From: Octopus sinensis
Lineage: Eukaryota
Length of the DNA stretch: 64,000 bases
Direction: 5' to 3'
NCBI RefSeq assembly: GCF_006345805.1
Contig: NC_043002.1
Span: forward strand, 38,440,001-38,504,000
In this document: positions 23,478-37,760 of the stretch, in pieces
Position numbering within the stretch: the first letter of the stretch is position 1
Layout: every line of letters starts with the position of its first letter
The notes under the pieces: generated by a model
Told to the model about the DNA's origin: nothing
Databases searched by the model: none
What the model saw: the letters and a program-made list of their open reading frames with translations, nothing else
Program-made: the position numbers and the translations under genes

Positions 23478-24135
23478 GTATACATACGAAATATGCATGT
23501 TTGTATGTATTTATATTTATGTATATATATATGTGTATACATATGTATGTATGTATGTATGTATGTATATACATTGAATATATATATATATCATATGGAA
23601 TATACAATAAGTAAGAATTTCATTATTTCGATATGCGTATGGAAATATGTGCGCGGAAATATATATATATATATGTGGGGGGGGTTGTATGGGTGTGTGT
23701 TTGTGTGATTGTGTCTCTGTGTGTGTTTGTGAGTTCTGTTGTATACGTGCATGATTGTACCTGGTGTACGTCACTTATTTTAGATGGTCCTATTGATGAT
23801 TTCTTCTGCCCAAACATTCAAAACAATAGAAGTAATGACTAACATGGCGGTTGTTTGTCTGAGCAGCAAAAGCGAAGGCAATATTCTCTATAGCTTTTCA
23901 GTGAAGCAGACGTTCTCAATATCTTATTCATGGCCACTTCCTTGATAGGCCAGCTATCGATTTATGAGTCCTTTTCACATTGAAAGGCAAGCTTTATTGA
24001 TCCTTTAACTATTCATGTACATACATTTGTATACATACGTATACATACATACATATACTTATATATATATATACATATACAAATATATATATATATATAT
24101 ATATAATATAAATATATATATATATATATAATATA

Positions 24136-24179
<44 letters not shown>

Positions 24180-24297
24180 GGTATATATATATATATATGC
24201 ATATATATATATAAACATACTACTTACATATACATACAAATATACATATATATATACATATAAATGTACGCACGCAGACATACATAATCACACGCAT

Positions 24298-24345
<48 letters not shown>

Positions 24346-26821
24346 ACAGTTTTTTCTTTACCTTTGTCACCACCGTCGATACCAACGCAAGCAATTTTTC
24401 TTCTTTTAGTATCTTTAGTAATCACCATCAATCACATCCCCACTAGGGCAATCATCATCACCGTCATCCTCATCATCATCATTATCGTCGTCGTCATCAC
24501 GGACCTTAAGACAGTCGCATTAGTGCCATCATCACTATTATAACTCTATAATTTCCCACTGATAGAGTCCATTCACCTCTATCCACCTCTGTAACATCAA
24601 ATTAGCTAACGTTACTCTGCTTTGATATTGGAATAGTAAGTTTCTGCCTCATCCTCAATCTCCGCCACCGCCATCACTATTACCATCAGCTGCACTACCT
24701 AACTGATATCGTTATTCTTACTAACACTGATTTCATTTAATGCTATCCACAACAGAACCACCTAACACGACAATGGGAATTAGCCATCTCAGTCGTCATA
24801 GTTCGATTCCTGAGCCACTTCCCATCACCACCAGCACCCAACAATACGATCAACAAGTAAATCATTGCACCACTTTGAGTCAGCAATTGTCCGTTTACGT
24901 GGTCTGTCGAATATCCAGGCATAGGAATAAAATCACCTTCAAATAATGCCCAGACATTAGAAAAGAAAAAAACAGAAAATTTTATTGGAAAACCTAATCC
25001 AAGAATAAATTGTAGAGCTATGATTTGAAGTTTTGAACGTAAGTCTTCTTGGTCATGTACGCTGGTCGACGATATTGCTCGGATAGTAACGTAACCACCT
25101 CTACAGGAGCTAGGCTGTTCCCAGAAGCGAGTTCTTAGCCCTTAGTACACTTACCAAGAACACGTACCATAATGGGCACACCACGAAATAAAGATAAATC
25201 AATACCCACTTAGGGTCACTAACTCCAGATTTTCTGCGTGTCTTCACTAACTTAGCTTTTCAGCTTTAAACGCACTGCCCCAGAAGGTAGTAAGGGATTT
25301 ATTATTATAGCGTGCATGGGTTGTGGAAATCCAGCCTCACTCACACGTCCTACATACTTATATTGGTCTGGTGCAAAGAGTAAAAAACACCACGACCACA
25401 GTACCTTTCTGGTAGTAGAATTTGCTTAAAGTTTCCTTTCTCTTAGTCTATTGGAATGACTGTGAGTAACCTTGAGAAAACTAGTTTTAAAAATTTGTGA
25501 GTGAATACAGATTTGCTTGCACGTATTTTTGTATACATTCAATAGCACTACTGGAGAAGGGAGCTGTGTCCGGTGGATCGAGAAGAGTATACGTTGCTGC
25601 AAAGAGAAATCCGTAATGGAAGTAACATGTAGGCTAGAATATAATGTTGTCATTTTATATGATCAAAACATTTTTTTTTTGGCATAGAGTTGTTTGCATC
25701 ATATTAGTGTTAGTATCATGCTACTTGAAAAAATAGACTGTTTCCATGATTATATGTCCCCTTTAGCTACCATAATGTTCCCGATCAAAAATGTGTCACG
25801 AAATATTTAAAGAAGAAAGAGCTGCTTAAAAGTCACACAATCTGAAGAGATGAACTTCACTTAACTTCTAGTTGATTGAATTACTATTGTAAGGCTACAG
25901 AGTACAGTTTCATTGGGACATGCAAGATCACAATTAAACTCTTAATGCAAGGGTTTCTGCAACGAAGTGTTACAATATTTTTACATAATATGAATTACAA
26001 AACTAGAAAACAAAAAGACAAAGAAAAAAAAAAAAGAAATTCCAAGAATAATACAACTGAAGAACAACAATAAATTTATTGAAACATAATAATATTGGAG
26101 AACGCGTGACAAAACAAAGAGGTTCTTGTTGATCGATATATATTTTTTTCTAGTTTTGTGTTATTTTAATAACATTTTTTTATTGAAAGTTTAACTTTCA
26201 TTTGTTATGAAGCAGATGAAATCTTTTCATTTATCTTTACTATTTTTGCCAATTACGTATTCGTATAGTCATATTCGACACCTTATGAATACTCAAAATC
26301 GCGCAAGCATTCACAGAAAAAGGTGTACACAAACATATACATATGCACATACACACACACACACACACGGGAGAAATGTTCTTAATGCACCTACTTACCT
26401 ATTAATTTTCGTTCACCCACAAACAAAGAACTGGATGTGCTGCTTCCAGAATATATGTGCCATCCCTGATATCTTAATTTGATCAGTATTTAGCAGGTAA
26501 TGTTGCTATTTAGTGCCAGGTTGGTGTTGTTCGTACTGGTATGTTTCTCTTTCACAAATCGTATATCTGTTCTGTTCCCAGTTTTTTCTTAAGAGAATTT
26601 GAGTTTAGGAAACTTTGGCAGCTGTCTTTAGCAAATACAACGACCACGTTGAAACTCAATCGTTGACACATGAAGTTATACTGTAAAATGTATATGAGAC
26701 GAGAATAGAGCATTATAAGCCAGCAATCTATTTGTAGTGGGGAATAGAACTTCTGTTGTAACCCTCAGTGTGTTTATCCCATACGTAAAATAGAGTAATT
26801 GTATTAATATAAAAACTGACT

Positions 26822-26871
<50 letters not shown>

Positions 26872-26918
26872 GAAGGTTGAAAAGGAACACACGAGTTGAT
26901 ATTGAGTTGATATGTAGG

Positions 26919-26966
<48 letters not shown>

Positions 26967-26982
26967 TGTGTGTGTGTGTGTG

Positions 26983-27013
<31 letters not shown>

Positions 27014-27177
27014 TGTCTGTGCGTGTGTGTGTGCCTGAGAGTATGTATGAAATTAGTTCCAATACAAAAATGGAGTGAATCATAAAATATGGAATCCATC
27101 CATAATGGCCTATAAAACTTGGATTACAATGGTATAATTTGTTAAAAGAAGAAAAATTCTTGGCACAAATCTATTTT

Positions 27178-28088
27178 TGTGATGCTATTAAAATGTTTCC
27201 GGGCTAGTTATGTTTGATAAAAAATAACGTATTCAAATAAAGTTCAACATCACCTCCTCCGAAATAGTCACCTTGAACAGCAGTACACCAGTCCCAGCGT
27301 TCCTGCCACTTTTGGAATCCGGTCTGGAAGTCGTTTTCCGTAAGCAGTTCGAGGATCTTCTGCGATTCGCTTTTGAGCGCGACAACGGTTGTTAAAACGG
27401 CGTCTTTTGACCTGCATTTTTTTGGTGGGAAAGAGATGGAAATCTGTAAGGGCTAAAGCTGGCGAATAAGGTGAGTGCAGAAGCGAAGCCAGGTTGTTTT
27501 TGACGAGAAACACACGAGTGAAGAGGGCTCGGTGACAGAAAGCAGTGTCGCCGTGAATAATCCAATTCTTTGCGTTTCACACATCCGGGCACTTTTGCCG
27601 AATGTCCTCCTTCATACGCTTCAAACGTTGATTATCCTGCGTCGGTTGTTATGCACACGCTGGTGAATTTTCTCTACATTTACGAGGGTGAAGCTCGTGG
27701 TCTTCAAAGTCGCTCATCGTCTTTGAGGGAAGTTCTTCCATTTTTGAAGGGCTTGTGCCACTCGAGACATTGCATACGACCCATAGCCTCGTCGCCGTAA
27801 GATTGCCAAAGAATGCTCAATGTTTGCGTAGCAGACTTCTCAAGTTGAACGCAAAATTTCACCTAAAATCTTTATTTCAACTTCCTGTCTATGACAAAAA
27901 TGCAGACAATAGCATACACGTGATCATGAAAACACAAATTTCACAACTTGCGAAGTAAGCACAGTGAAGTTACTCGGCACACTGCCTCATGAAGGTGGTT
28001 GCTAGTTCCCTAAGCGTACGCAACTCTATGCTGCCATCTGTTGGCGCGCTACAGAACTAGTCCGACAAATTTTCGATGCCACTTCGTA
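27178..28088 (-). mobile_element. Internally deleted mariner element, same family as 10514-11403
   Basis: LHSPYSPALALTDFHLFP motif; TIR CTAGTCCGACAAATTTTCGATGCCACTTCGTA at the right end. Confidence 0.85.
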
Positions 28089-28429
28089 TTTTGTAAAATT
28101 AGCGAGATACCCGTATATGTTACTGGAAACCAAATTAGCGTTAAGAAAATAATTTGCAACCCTCGACAACTGGTGAACTGGCGTTATAAACGTTGATTGT
28201 ATACAGAGTATAAAATACCAATTTGCTTTATTTCAACAAATACATGACTCACTTTCAGACATTCTTGTTTTGTGAAATAAATATTCAGCCTCGTTAAAAT
28301 CGCCAAAGAAAGTAGATATAGCGCGTGTGACTCAGTAATATATACATACATAAAGATATTGATATACATAAACATATGTATGTGCACGCTTATTTATATT
28401 TATACATGTGTGTATGTATATAAAAATGT

Positions 28430-28440
28430 AGATAGATAGT

Positions 28441-28518
<78 letters not shown>
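28430..28518 (+). repeat. (TAGA)n microsatellite
   Basis: Directly visible. Confidence 0.98.
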
Positions 28519-28539
<21 letters not shown>

Positions 28540-29661
28540 CTGTAGATATTTGTACACACAAGTAGATGTGTGATTAAATTATTTACTTGATTCTGTGATT
28601 CAATGTATATTATGTCCCGATATGTATGTAAATATGTATATTCCTATGCATCTATGTATGCGTATATGTATGTATCAATGCAAACATACATGTATGTAAA
28701 TCGGAGTTAAATAAGATATCTTTCTTTAGTCATGTTCATTGAAGTAATTCTAGAATACCTAGAGCGGATTCCTGTTCAAATTGTATACATCATCTTAAAA
28801 GCATCGTATCGATCTGCATCACCTAAGGCATATTCAGGTCAATATAGGAGATATGGCTTTTGAAACAGCATACGAGCCAGAACCGAACTAGTTTCTATGA
28901 AACTGTTGCTGTTTCCTTTATACTTAAGATTTACTAGTTCAGTAAGTCATTTGACAAGTATGATTTAACAAACAAATCATAAAGATGCAGTAAATTCTCA
29001 AAAGGCTTCCCATTTTTACTATCCGCTCTTGACGACTTCAAACTAGTCATTCTACTGTTGCGGCTTCTAGAATCTCGGCCTTATGTTCACCAAAGTTATC
29101 TTCTTTTAGCTTTTTTTTATCTGCTTTTATTTATTTCAGACTTAGAAGTGCAGTTAGGCTTGCTGTATTTAATCGAACAGATCGATCTCAGTACATATTT
29201 TAAAGTCTGATAGTTATTCTATCTGTTGAATTACAGGTCGTCAACAAACAAACACGGTTTTGAACACAACACAAACACAAAGACACGCCCACATTAGTAT
29301 ACAGCTTTGGCCAAAAGTCACACGACAGTAAATTAAAATTCCATAAATAGTATCTGTAATTGCATATTGACACGAATGGAAAAAATGTGTCGCTCAAGAA
29401 GGACCTCAGTTTGAAAAAAAAATAATGTTTCATATTTAGCTGCTTTTATTAAATTCATTCAGTTCTTAAACGTAAATTAATCTTGGAATTAAATAGATTG
29501 ATTTACTGTCAAGAGACATTTGGTCAATCCTGTATACATAAATAACATTGGTATACTCACACACATATATATTCAATATATATATATATACACACATATA
29601 TCTAGCCATATTCTATCTGTCTATGTTTATCTATCCAATCTATGTATGTATCTCTCTTTCC

Positions 29662-29700
<39 letters not shown>

Positions 29701-29722
29701 ATCTATCTCTATCGATCTATAT

Positions 29723-30649
29723 ATGTTGTTTGTGGAGTAGTTTATGAATGAATGGTTCAACAAGTAGAGAAATTTAAGGGGAGATAATTGGTGATCGTTA
29801 TTACTGGGAACAGGGCAGGTAACAGCTCATCTTTCGGGGAGAAGGCTAAACTCAAAAGCTAAAGTAGCGAGGAGAAATATGTAGAGTAATGGGTATGTAG
29901 ACATGAATTAAAATATATATTGAGATCAAAGCTAGTTATATGTTCATATTTAGACGTGTTCTGTATTTTTCGATGAACAAATTTTATTTATTTATTTATT
30001 TTCTTGTATAGAAATTGTTTTTTTGCACTGGTAGATGGGAAAAACTGAAGTTTGGTTGGATATTACTTCTATGTGTTCACTCAAAAGAACGTGTCTGTAT
30101 TGCGAGAACGGATTTGTTCCTTATGTAATGTGGTTCTGAATCAGTGTCATACTTGACTATCCTATATAGTTATATCCACACCCTGAGCAAGTTATGACGT
30201 AAATTAGATTATCGGAAGCACAAGCGAAGTTGGTTTTAATTGTAAACCTCTCTCCTTGTTTGAATAGGAATTCCGAGCCTTATAGTAGGTTGAAGCATGT
30301 TCTACGGTTTAGGCGTCCACATGTTTTAACTGTTGCTTCGTGTTTATTGTGTAAAGATTTGCTTTTTTAAAACACTTTTTAGCGATTTGCGTTGCTTTTT
30401 GCATTTGATGAATTTATGTGTTTTCAAAATGTTCATTTTTGGATCTCTAGTGAGCATAGGTAGATTTTGTACAATAGTGTTGTATGCTTCGCTGTTTCTA
30501 TGATTATGAGTTGATATATATAGTAGTATTTAGAGATGTGGCGTGTTGGTTTGTTCCCCTCGTCCCCAACAATAACGATCACCAATTACATCCCCTTACA
30601 TTTTTTATTTGTTAAGTCATTCATTCATAAACTTCTCCACACACAACAT
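29723..30649 (-). mobile_element. 5'-truncated Penelope-like element: GIY-YIG endonuclease remnant flanked by inverted pseudo-LTR segments
   Basis: Minus frame VKTCGRLNRRTCFNLL*GSEFLFKQGERFTIKTNFACASDNLIYVITCSGCGYNYIG*; ~86-bp diverged inverted repeats at 29723-29808 and 30564-30649. Confidence 0.85.
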
Positions 30650-30792
30650 GGACTACAATCTTCTTAAGAAAATACGAAATTACAATAATTCCAGTGTCCT
30701 GATTAACGAAAGCAAAACTAGTTGACAAATAATAAAAATATAATTTAAAATATATTAAAAACTATGTAAAGTGTGTGCATTTACCTTCTTTT

Positions 30793-30856
<64 letters not shown>

Positions 30857-30859
<3 letters not shown>

Positions 30860-31010
30860 ATGGGTTTTACTTTCCGCCTACCAAATCCATTCGCCATTCG
30901 ATGGGCCTGAGACTATAATGACAAACACTTGCCCAAGTTGATGCGCAGTGGGACACATCTCAAAGCTATATGGTACGGAAGTAAGCGTCTTAACTGCAAA
31001 GCTACGCGCG
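30857..31010 (-). mobile_element. Family B SINE head fragment
   Basis: ACACTTGCCCAAGTTGATGCGCAGTGGGAC block. Confidence 0.65.
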
Positions 31011-31742
31011 TTTCTTACACGTATACATGTATACATATACATTTATATATACCGTAGTTTATTTCTGAGTGTCCTTGTATTTCACCCGTCATCATATTAA
31101 ATTACCTTATTTCTTTAAGCATGAATATTTCGAATTCCTTGTTAAAATGCACTTAATAGGAAACAGTTTATTTTTCTCCTATAACGCCATATGTATTCCT
31201 GTTATCCTAGAACATTCAATTTGAATCTATGATAAATATTAAATTAATTTTGGTTATCATAGTTTACATTTTAAATATTTCTTGAAGCTGAAGGGTTGTA
31301 ACGCACTTCTCAGCGTCTTGCTTTCCGTCAGTTTCAATATTCAAGTAGTTATTTATATGCACAATAATTTCAGTTAAGGTTTTCATTTGTGCGTAATGAA
31401 AGAAACGCGCCAATTATTTCACCAATTCAGGTGCTAGAATTATGTACTGATGACCGGGGAGGATAGATTTCATATAATCATATATTTACCTTAATGTATA
31501 TAGCATGTTATTTCCTAATAGGTTTTCCTCAGCGATAATTATATTTCATAATGATTATTGCTTCAAAAGGAATTCATTATATGTTTCTTAGCATCTTTAT
31601 TGATATGTATTTCCCAGAAAGTATTAAGTATATATAGACACAGGCACAGACACACATATATACATATATTGAGTCATTCCATAATTAATAAGCTTTCTTT
31701 ATGCTGCTTATATTTTTCAAAATTAATATTAACAATATTTTT

Positions 31743-32560
31743 TTAATCTAAAATATAATCTCCTTCATTTCCTACAATACTCTTCCATCTATATGGTAGA
31801 CGTGCAAGGCCCCTCTTCCAAAATTCACTTGTCAGTGACGAAAGATACTCCACCACTACTGTTCTGCTCTCGTCTACAGACTTCATGTTTTTTCCCTCCA
31901 AAATATTTTGAAAACTGCGGAATAAATGATAATCAGATGGGGCAATGTGCGGCGAATATGGTGGCATCGTTTCCCATGGCAACTGCACCAAATTTTTTAA
32001 AGTTCAACGTCGACTCAACCTTTCATATCCCACCAAACATATAACAACACCTTACGTAGGTGAATACCTTTAGCATGTCATCGGCGCTTGGCATTTTTAT
32101 AGAGAACCCATATCTCATCACCAATCACTATTAGGTCCAAAATGGTTCATTCGTGGGACAGAAGAAAGAAGAGCATGCATTTACTCTATACGTGTGGTCA
32201 GACTTGGAAAGTTTGTGAGGAATTCATTGACCCAATTTTCTGACTTTTCCGATGGCACGCAGGTGTCGTTGAATGACTAACTTCAAGCTTCTTCGCTAGT
32301 TCCTCAACAGTTACTGTGAGATTTTTTCCACCAGGATTTGCAGGGCGTCCTCGTCGAACTCTACAGATGTTCCAGGAGGGGCTCGTCTTCTACGATGTAG
32401 TTTCCGGCTCGAAATTTCTGGAACCACCGTTGACACTGGCTTATGTTTATTGTCCGATCACCATATACTGCATTAATATTCCTTGCACTTTCCGCTGCGA
32501 AGATGTCTTTATTGAGCTCATAAAGTAAAATATGCCGAATAATACTCCTTTGTCATTTCC
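31743..32560 (-). mobile_element. Decayed mariner transposase (second family)
   Basis: IVIGDEIWVL at ~32105-32135 and PPYSPHIAPSDYHLFRSFQNILEGK...LPYRWKSIVGNEGDYILD* (ORF 31743-31991). Confidence 0.85.
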
Positions 32561-33244
32561 ATTATAGCTTTGAGAAAATAACTTAAAATCCAAATGCACT
32601 CTTAAAAACTTTCACTAAGAATAAGTACAAGGTAAAATTACTACCTGCTTTTATAGCAAATTGATGCGGATAGTTACCCCATCATCCTCTGACTTTTAGT
32701 TCATGCAACTGAAGAAGCCGCATTATTTATCGGATGACTCTATATATATACGAACATAATGTACAAAGGGTATATAGATAATCCTATAGAAATATTCAAA
32801 AATCTACCTCCAAAAAACGACACCACACACAAATAAAATATTTCCATACTCAGCCATAAACAACAATGCAAATCCTACTGCCCCATACTCAACATTAAAC
32901 CCAGCAATTAATTATGATTCCCACTCAGCGAAATCAAACAGAACCCGATGAGTTTGCTCTGTGTGTGTGTGTGCGTGTATGTGTCTGTGTATGTGTGTGA
33001 GAGTGTTGTAGTAACATCGCAAAGCTCTTTACCTAACTTGTAGTAAATATTTTCAAAAAAAAAATCAACAAAATTTCAGACGAAGAACACTTTGTAGACC
33101 TTATTATTTTTAAAGCCATATTTCAAAAATATGCAAACGCTATTCTGCAAAATTTGGATACAAATTCAAATTTTTTGAATTCCTTTTCAATTTCTGCATA
33201 AACTAACCCTTGGCCAAACTCAAAATTTTAATCCTATGTGCTAA

Positions 33245-33392
33245 CACGAAACCCTAACGTTAAATGCTACTCGTCTGCTCTTACCTTAAAACTTAACTAA
33301 AATCCTAATTCTAATTTTTATCCCTAAAATCTAAACTACAATACTAACCCTAATATTACATCCCAAACCTAACCTCCAAATATAGCCCTAAT
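33245..33392 (+). repeat. Degenerate (CCCTAA)-like tract
   Basis: Repeated ACCCTAA/ATCCTAA/TCCCTAA/ACCTAA/GCCCTAA units. Confidence 0.5.
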
Positions 33393-34043
33393 GTTTGTGT
33401 GGAATCATGATATCCTACGTTTGAAACATATTTTTTTAAAATCTGGAACATTAATGCAGTTACCGTACATAACTTTAAAATTGAGCAATGGAAAAAGTAA
33501 TAAGCAATTGCAAGTTTGAAAATTTTTTATTTGAAGAATTGTCATGTCTGGTATTTAAAACATAGAAAGTAGGGTAGTATAAAACTTGTAATAGTTATGT
33601 GGTGTATTTATTCCAAACTTCGCTAAAAAATTGTATTAGAAAGCCATTGTATCAACGTGGAGCACCTAATTTCCTGCAAAGAATAAATGAGGATCTGCTC
33701 TTTATATGAACCTATGATGTGACACAAGGGGGGATTCCATGTTGTTAAGAAACTCACTGATACAGTTTCGTTTCTAATGGATTTAAATTAGAGTGTACAG
33801 ACATGTACGCAATTAGTTGATTCACTACATTTTTACATTGGTCACCATAACATTATATACACACAAAGAGAAATTTGGTGGTACACATGAGAAATAGGAT
33901 TTAATATGTAAAAGTAGAACATGTATATTGTTATATTTAATTTTAGTTCTTCATAAGTGATTTATGTCTCACATCTATCTTATATAAATATACATATAAA
34001 TTAGTTTGATAATCACGCACAAACACACACACATACACACACA

Positions 34044-34085
<42 letters not shown>

Positions 34086-34139
34086 CATCCCACACATGAA
34101 CAACTATATTGTATAGTAGATTTCGTCATTGTATTCACT

Positions 34140-34780
34140 TTTTGTGCCAGGACATTGTAACTGAATCTGGTATTGGTAATCTTCTCGCAAGTTAATTTCT
34201 TATCTTAGCCATATTGATGTTGGCTCACAGTATTTAATGAGAATGGCAAACAGTGTTCTTAAATTGCCTCCTGTGCAAGACAGAGAAATCTCTGAAATAG
34301 CTTCCATCTAATGACTATCATCCTGTGACGAATTTACTCTAAAAGCTGCTTAAATGTTCGAATCACAAACATAACCATCAACGGTTCGAAGGTTGATAAA
34401 AGATGTGGGATCACCAATTTCATGGAAAAGCAACCATAAGTAAAAACATTCCTGCTGAGTTGGATGCACAGTATAAACACTTCCCAGAACATTGTCAAAT
34501 TGAATATCAGGATAACCATCAATCTCAGTGCCACTTTTTCTGCAATTCCATTGTTTGTTGTTCCATATATAATATGACAGTAATTGATAGTACAACAGGG
34601 TTTTAGCGAAAGAATCTTTCTGTAAATCGTGTTAATGCAGTTTCTCCTGTAGCTAAGGATTGCTGAGCAGCAGTTTCTGTAGTGAAATATATTCTTTGTT
34701 CAAACTCTAAAGGAACGGAGAACTGTTTCAGTGGAGGATATTGTTAATCAACTGGCCCGTTCCCCACAAAAAATTCAGAC
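34140..34780 (-). mobile_element. Helitron RepHel fragment
   Basis: GSVYTVHPTQQECFYLWLLFHEIGDPTSFINLRTVDGYVC matches the conserved YLRLLL..V.GPTSFE.LRTV.G Helitron block. Confidence 0.85.
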
Positions 34781-35478
34781 CTAGAGAAGTATGTTGTGAC
34801 AGTTACAGAATATAGCAAGTAACGTAACACTAACGACTATATAATCCAACCAAAATATCTCAGTTACACAAACGTTGACGGAATTACAATTTAACCTTAA
34901 AATACGTCGCACATATTCAAAGAACCTTAATGTACAAGGTGAAATGCAAAAGGACGAAGTAATAAATGGATATATGTATGCAAGTTTGGTAATTGCGTTT
35001 ATTTCAACCACGTGAAACTAATTATTGCAAACTACACACACACAAAAATACATTCATAAATTTGTCTCGAGTTCCAGCTGTAATTCAAAGGGGCCAGCCT
35101 TGTGATATTCCGTGTGAGGCTGAATCTCTTTGAGAACTACGTTAAGGATATTCATGTCTGAGGAATACTTAGCCATTAGTGAGTTAATTTTATCCTCGTG
35201 TGGTAAGGAAAAGTGAAATTGACATCCAATATTTCATGTATGAACTTTTCTTTGGATTTATGTATCTACTGTCTCGCTCATTTTCTGTCTTTCTCTTTCA
35301 CTGCTTCTGTGTCCCACTTCTCTCCTGCTTTTGATTTAACAATGTGTATATGTATCTATGTATCTACTTCCCTTGCGATGTGATAAACATTTAAAAACAC
35401 AAAACGAACCCCGTCACCAATCACTGACTCTTTCCCTATTTCTCATTCTCTCTCTTACTCTCACACTCCATTTCCTTC

Positions 35479-35524
<46 letters not shown>

Positions 35525-35652
35525 TTCCTCTCTGTCCTCCTCTCTCTCGCTTTGCCACTTCTTTGAAGTTAGTGTGACGCACACAACAGGTACGTACAAA
35601 AACAATAAGTTAACCTATTAATATTATTGAAAACAACAACAACAGCTGTAAA

Positions 35653-35730
35653 AAGAAGAAGAAGAAGAAGAAGAAGAAGAAGAAGAAGAAGAAGAAGAAG
35701 AAGAAGAAGAAGAAGAAGAAGAAGAAGAAG
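35653..35730 (+). repeat. (AAG)n microsatellite
   Basis: Directly visible. Confidence 0.98.
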
Positions 35731-36360
35731 AAACGAAAAATGTTTGTCCTGAACGCTATGAATTTTTTCCTATAGGTCACTTTTTATATAAATTTATCGC
35801 ATACACAAAACACCTTAAATATTAAGGGAAAGAAATTACTGTCATAACGAAAGGGAAATGCAGACAAATTGCGGGGAGCAGATTTATACTTCAGCGCCCC
35901 ACGAAGGAATGTATCTAAAACATTATATGGATCTAATAAAAATATGATATATGTCTGTCTGACCGCCAATAAAACGTTTCGTGTAAATACAATGAAATTA
36001 TACGAGGTAAGAAATAAAATAAAACAGAGTAAACACATGGGTGTATACGAAAACCAAATATGATATTCAAGAATTCCTCCTTGAGATATGTTTAAAGGGA
36101 AGAGCGAGATAATTATAGCCTTTAATATGTTACTTCCCCCTCGAAGATTTCGTGAGATGAAAATAATTTGTTCAAAAAACGAATCAATAAAACATTTTCC
36201 CTCTCCTGAACGTAGTACAAGTACAAAACGGCAAGTTAGACAATTCTTCACAGGAAATTTACTCTAGATAACAGATCACTTGACCGGAAGTTCGTACATA
36301 CATATTTTGTTTATTATTATTATGTGTGTATTATATAGATAGATAGATAGATAGATAGAC

Positions 36361-36434
<74 letters not shown>

Positions 36435-36532
36435 GCTTACACTTACACGTGTGTGACAGTGAATGCCTATCTATCTATCTATCTATCTATATGTATATAT
36501 GAGTGTGTGTGTATGTATTTATATATATATAT

Positions 36533-36925
36533 AGGCGTGGCGGTGTCTTAAGAAGCTTGCTTCTCAACCACGTGGTTCTGGGTTCAGTCCCACTGCGTGG
36601 CACATTGGGAGGGTGTCTTTTACTATAGCCTTTGGAGTGGATTTGGTAGATGGAAAATGAAAGAAGCATGTCTATACGTGTGTGTGCGTGTGTGTTTGTG
36701 AGTATGTATGCATGTATGCATCTGCGTGTGTGTGTTTGTCCCCACACCATCGTTTAACAACCGATGTTTAGGTCCCCGTAACTTAGCGGTTCGGCAAAGG
36801 GACCCCGATAGAATAAGTACTAGGCTTATAAAGAATAAGTTCTGGGGTCGATTTCTTCGACTAAAGGCATTGCTCCAGCATGGCCGCAGTCAACTGACTG
36901 AAACAAGCAAATGAATAAAAGTAAG
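36533..36925 (+). mobile_element. Family B SINE
   Basis: GGGTTCAGTCCCACTGCGTGGCAC...GTAACTTAGCGGTTCGGCAAAG...GCTCCAGCATGGCCGCAGTC. Confidence 0.9.
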
Positions 36926-36954
36926 AACATGAAGAAAAAATACATACATACATG

Positions 36955-37048
<94 letters not shown>

Positions 37049-37089
37049 AGTGATTGCGGATTAAATCGATAATTTATTTTATATCTCGT

Positions 37090-37760
37090 TCTTTCGAGAG
37101 TAGTTTGATGTATTGATGAACAGTCAACAGCGTTAGAGAGCATAAAGATTAAAGAGGTAGTTTCAGAAAAGGTTAGCAAACATGGAGGACGGGAACGTAT
37201 CTCAATATCGGAAAAGATTACCCGTATCATGGTGATTTGCAACGACTTTCATAATGGCCAGGAATGGACAGTCGCCTTTCTGACTGCACCCGCTCGCCGG
37301 ATTCATCCCCACACTTTTGAACTGGGTCTTTGGCTCAATTCAGATGGTTATCCGAAGCTGCTGGAGTCTGTGGTCAATGCCTGGCTGAAGTGGGTTGCTG
37401 TTGGAAGGCCATATGTGTGAAGCACTTTTCGGCTCCTTGCCATATCTCCGGAAAAAATTAGTAATTGTCAGAGATTTTCTAAGAGTTCACCAGCCCCAAT
37501 TCCTGGCTTCCCAATTACGATTGTAATCTCATGGATTCCTATGTGTTGGACGCATTTGTGAAAGACACCAACCGCTCTACAACAATACTAAGTGTGACCT
37601 AGTGATCACGATTCAGCAGGTTTTCGTTCCCAGGGACAAAGTAAGGAACGCATGAACCATTTTCTGGAGCCGTTTCGAGGTTGTGGTAGAAGCTGAAGCC
37701 GCTTATCTGAGCAAACGGAATCATAATTTAAATGCTATTTCTTGATTTTTTAAAAATTCT
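37090..37760 (+). mobile_element. Decayed Tc1/mariner-superfamily (maT/DD37D-like) transposase fragment
   Basis: GRPYV, SAPCH and PN...DCNLMDSYVL segments resemble QQD.AP.H...WPPNSPDCNPLDY. Confidence 0.55.

Noticed and set aside
23761-23860. Possible minus-strand exon (MFGQKKSSIGPSKISDVHQ|GTAC) with an upstream acceptor
   Set aside because: Short, no homology recognised and no partner exons identified.
29810-29900. Expected HHR in the pseudo-LTR of the 29.7-kb PLE remnant
   Set aside because: Only CUUUUGA...GAAA remains and no helices can be drawn.
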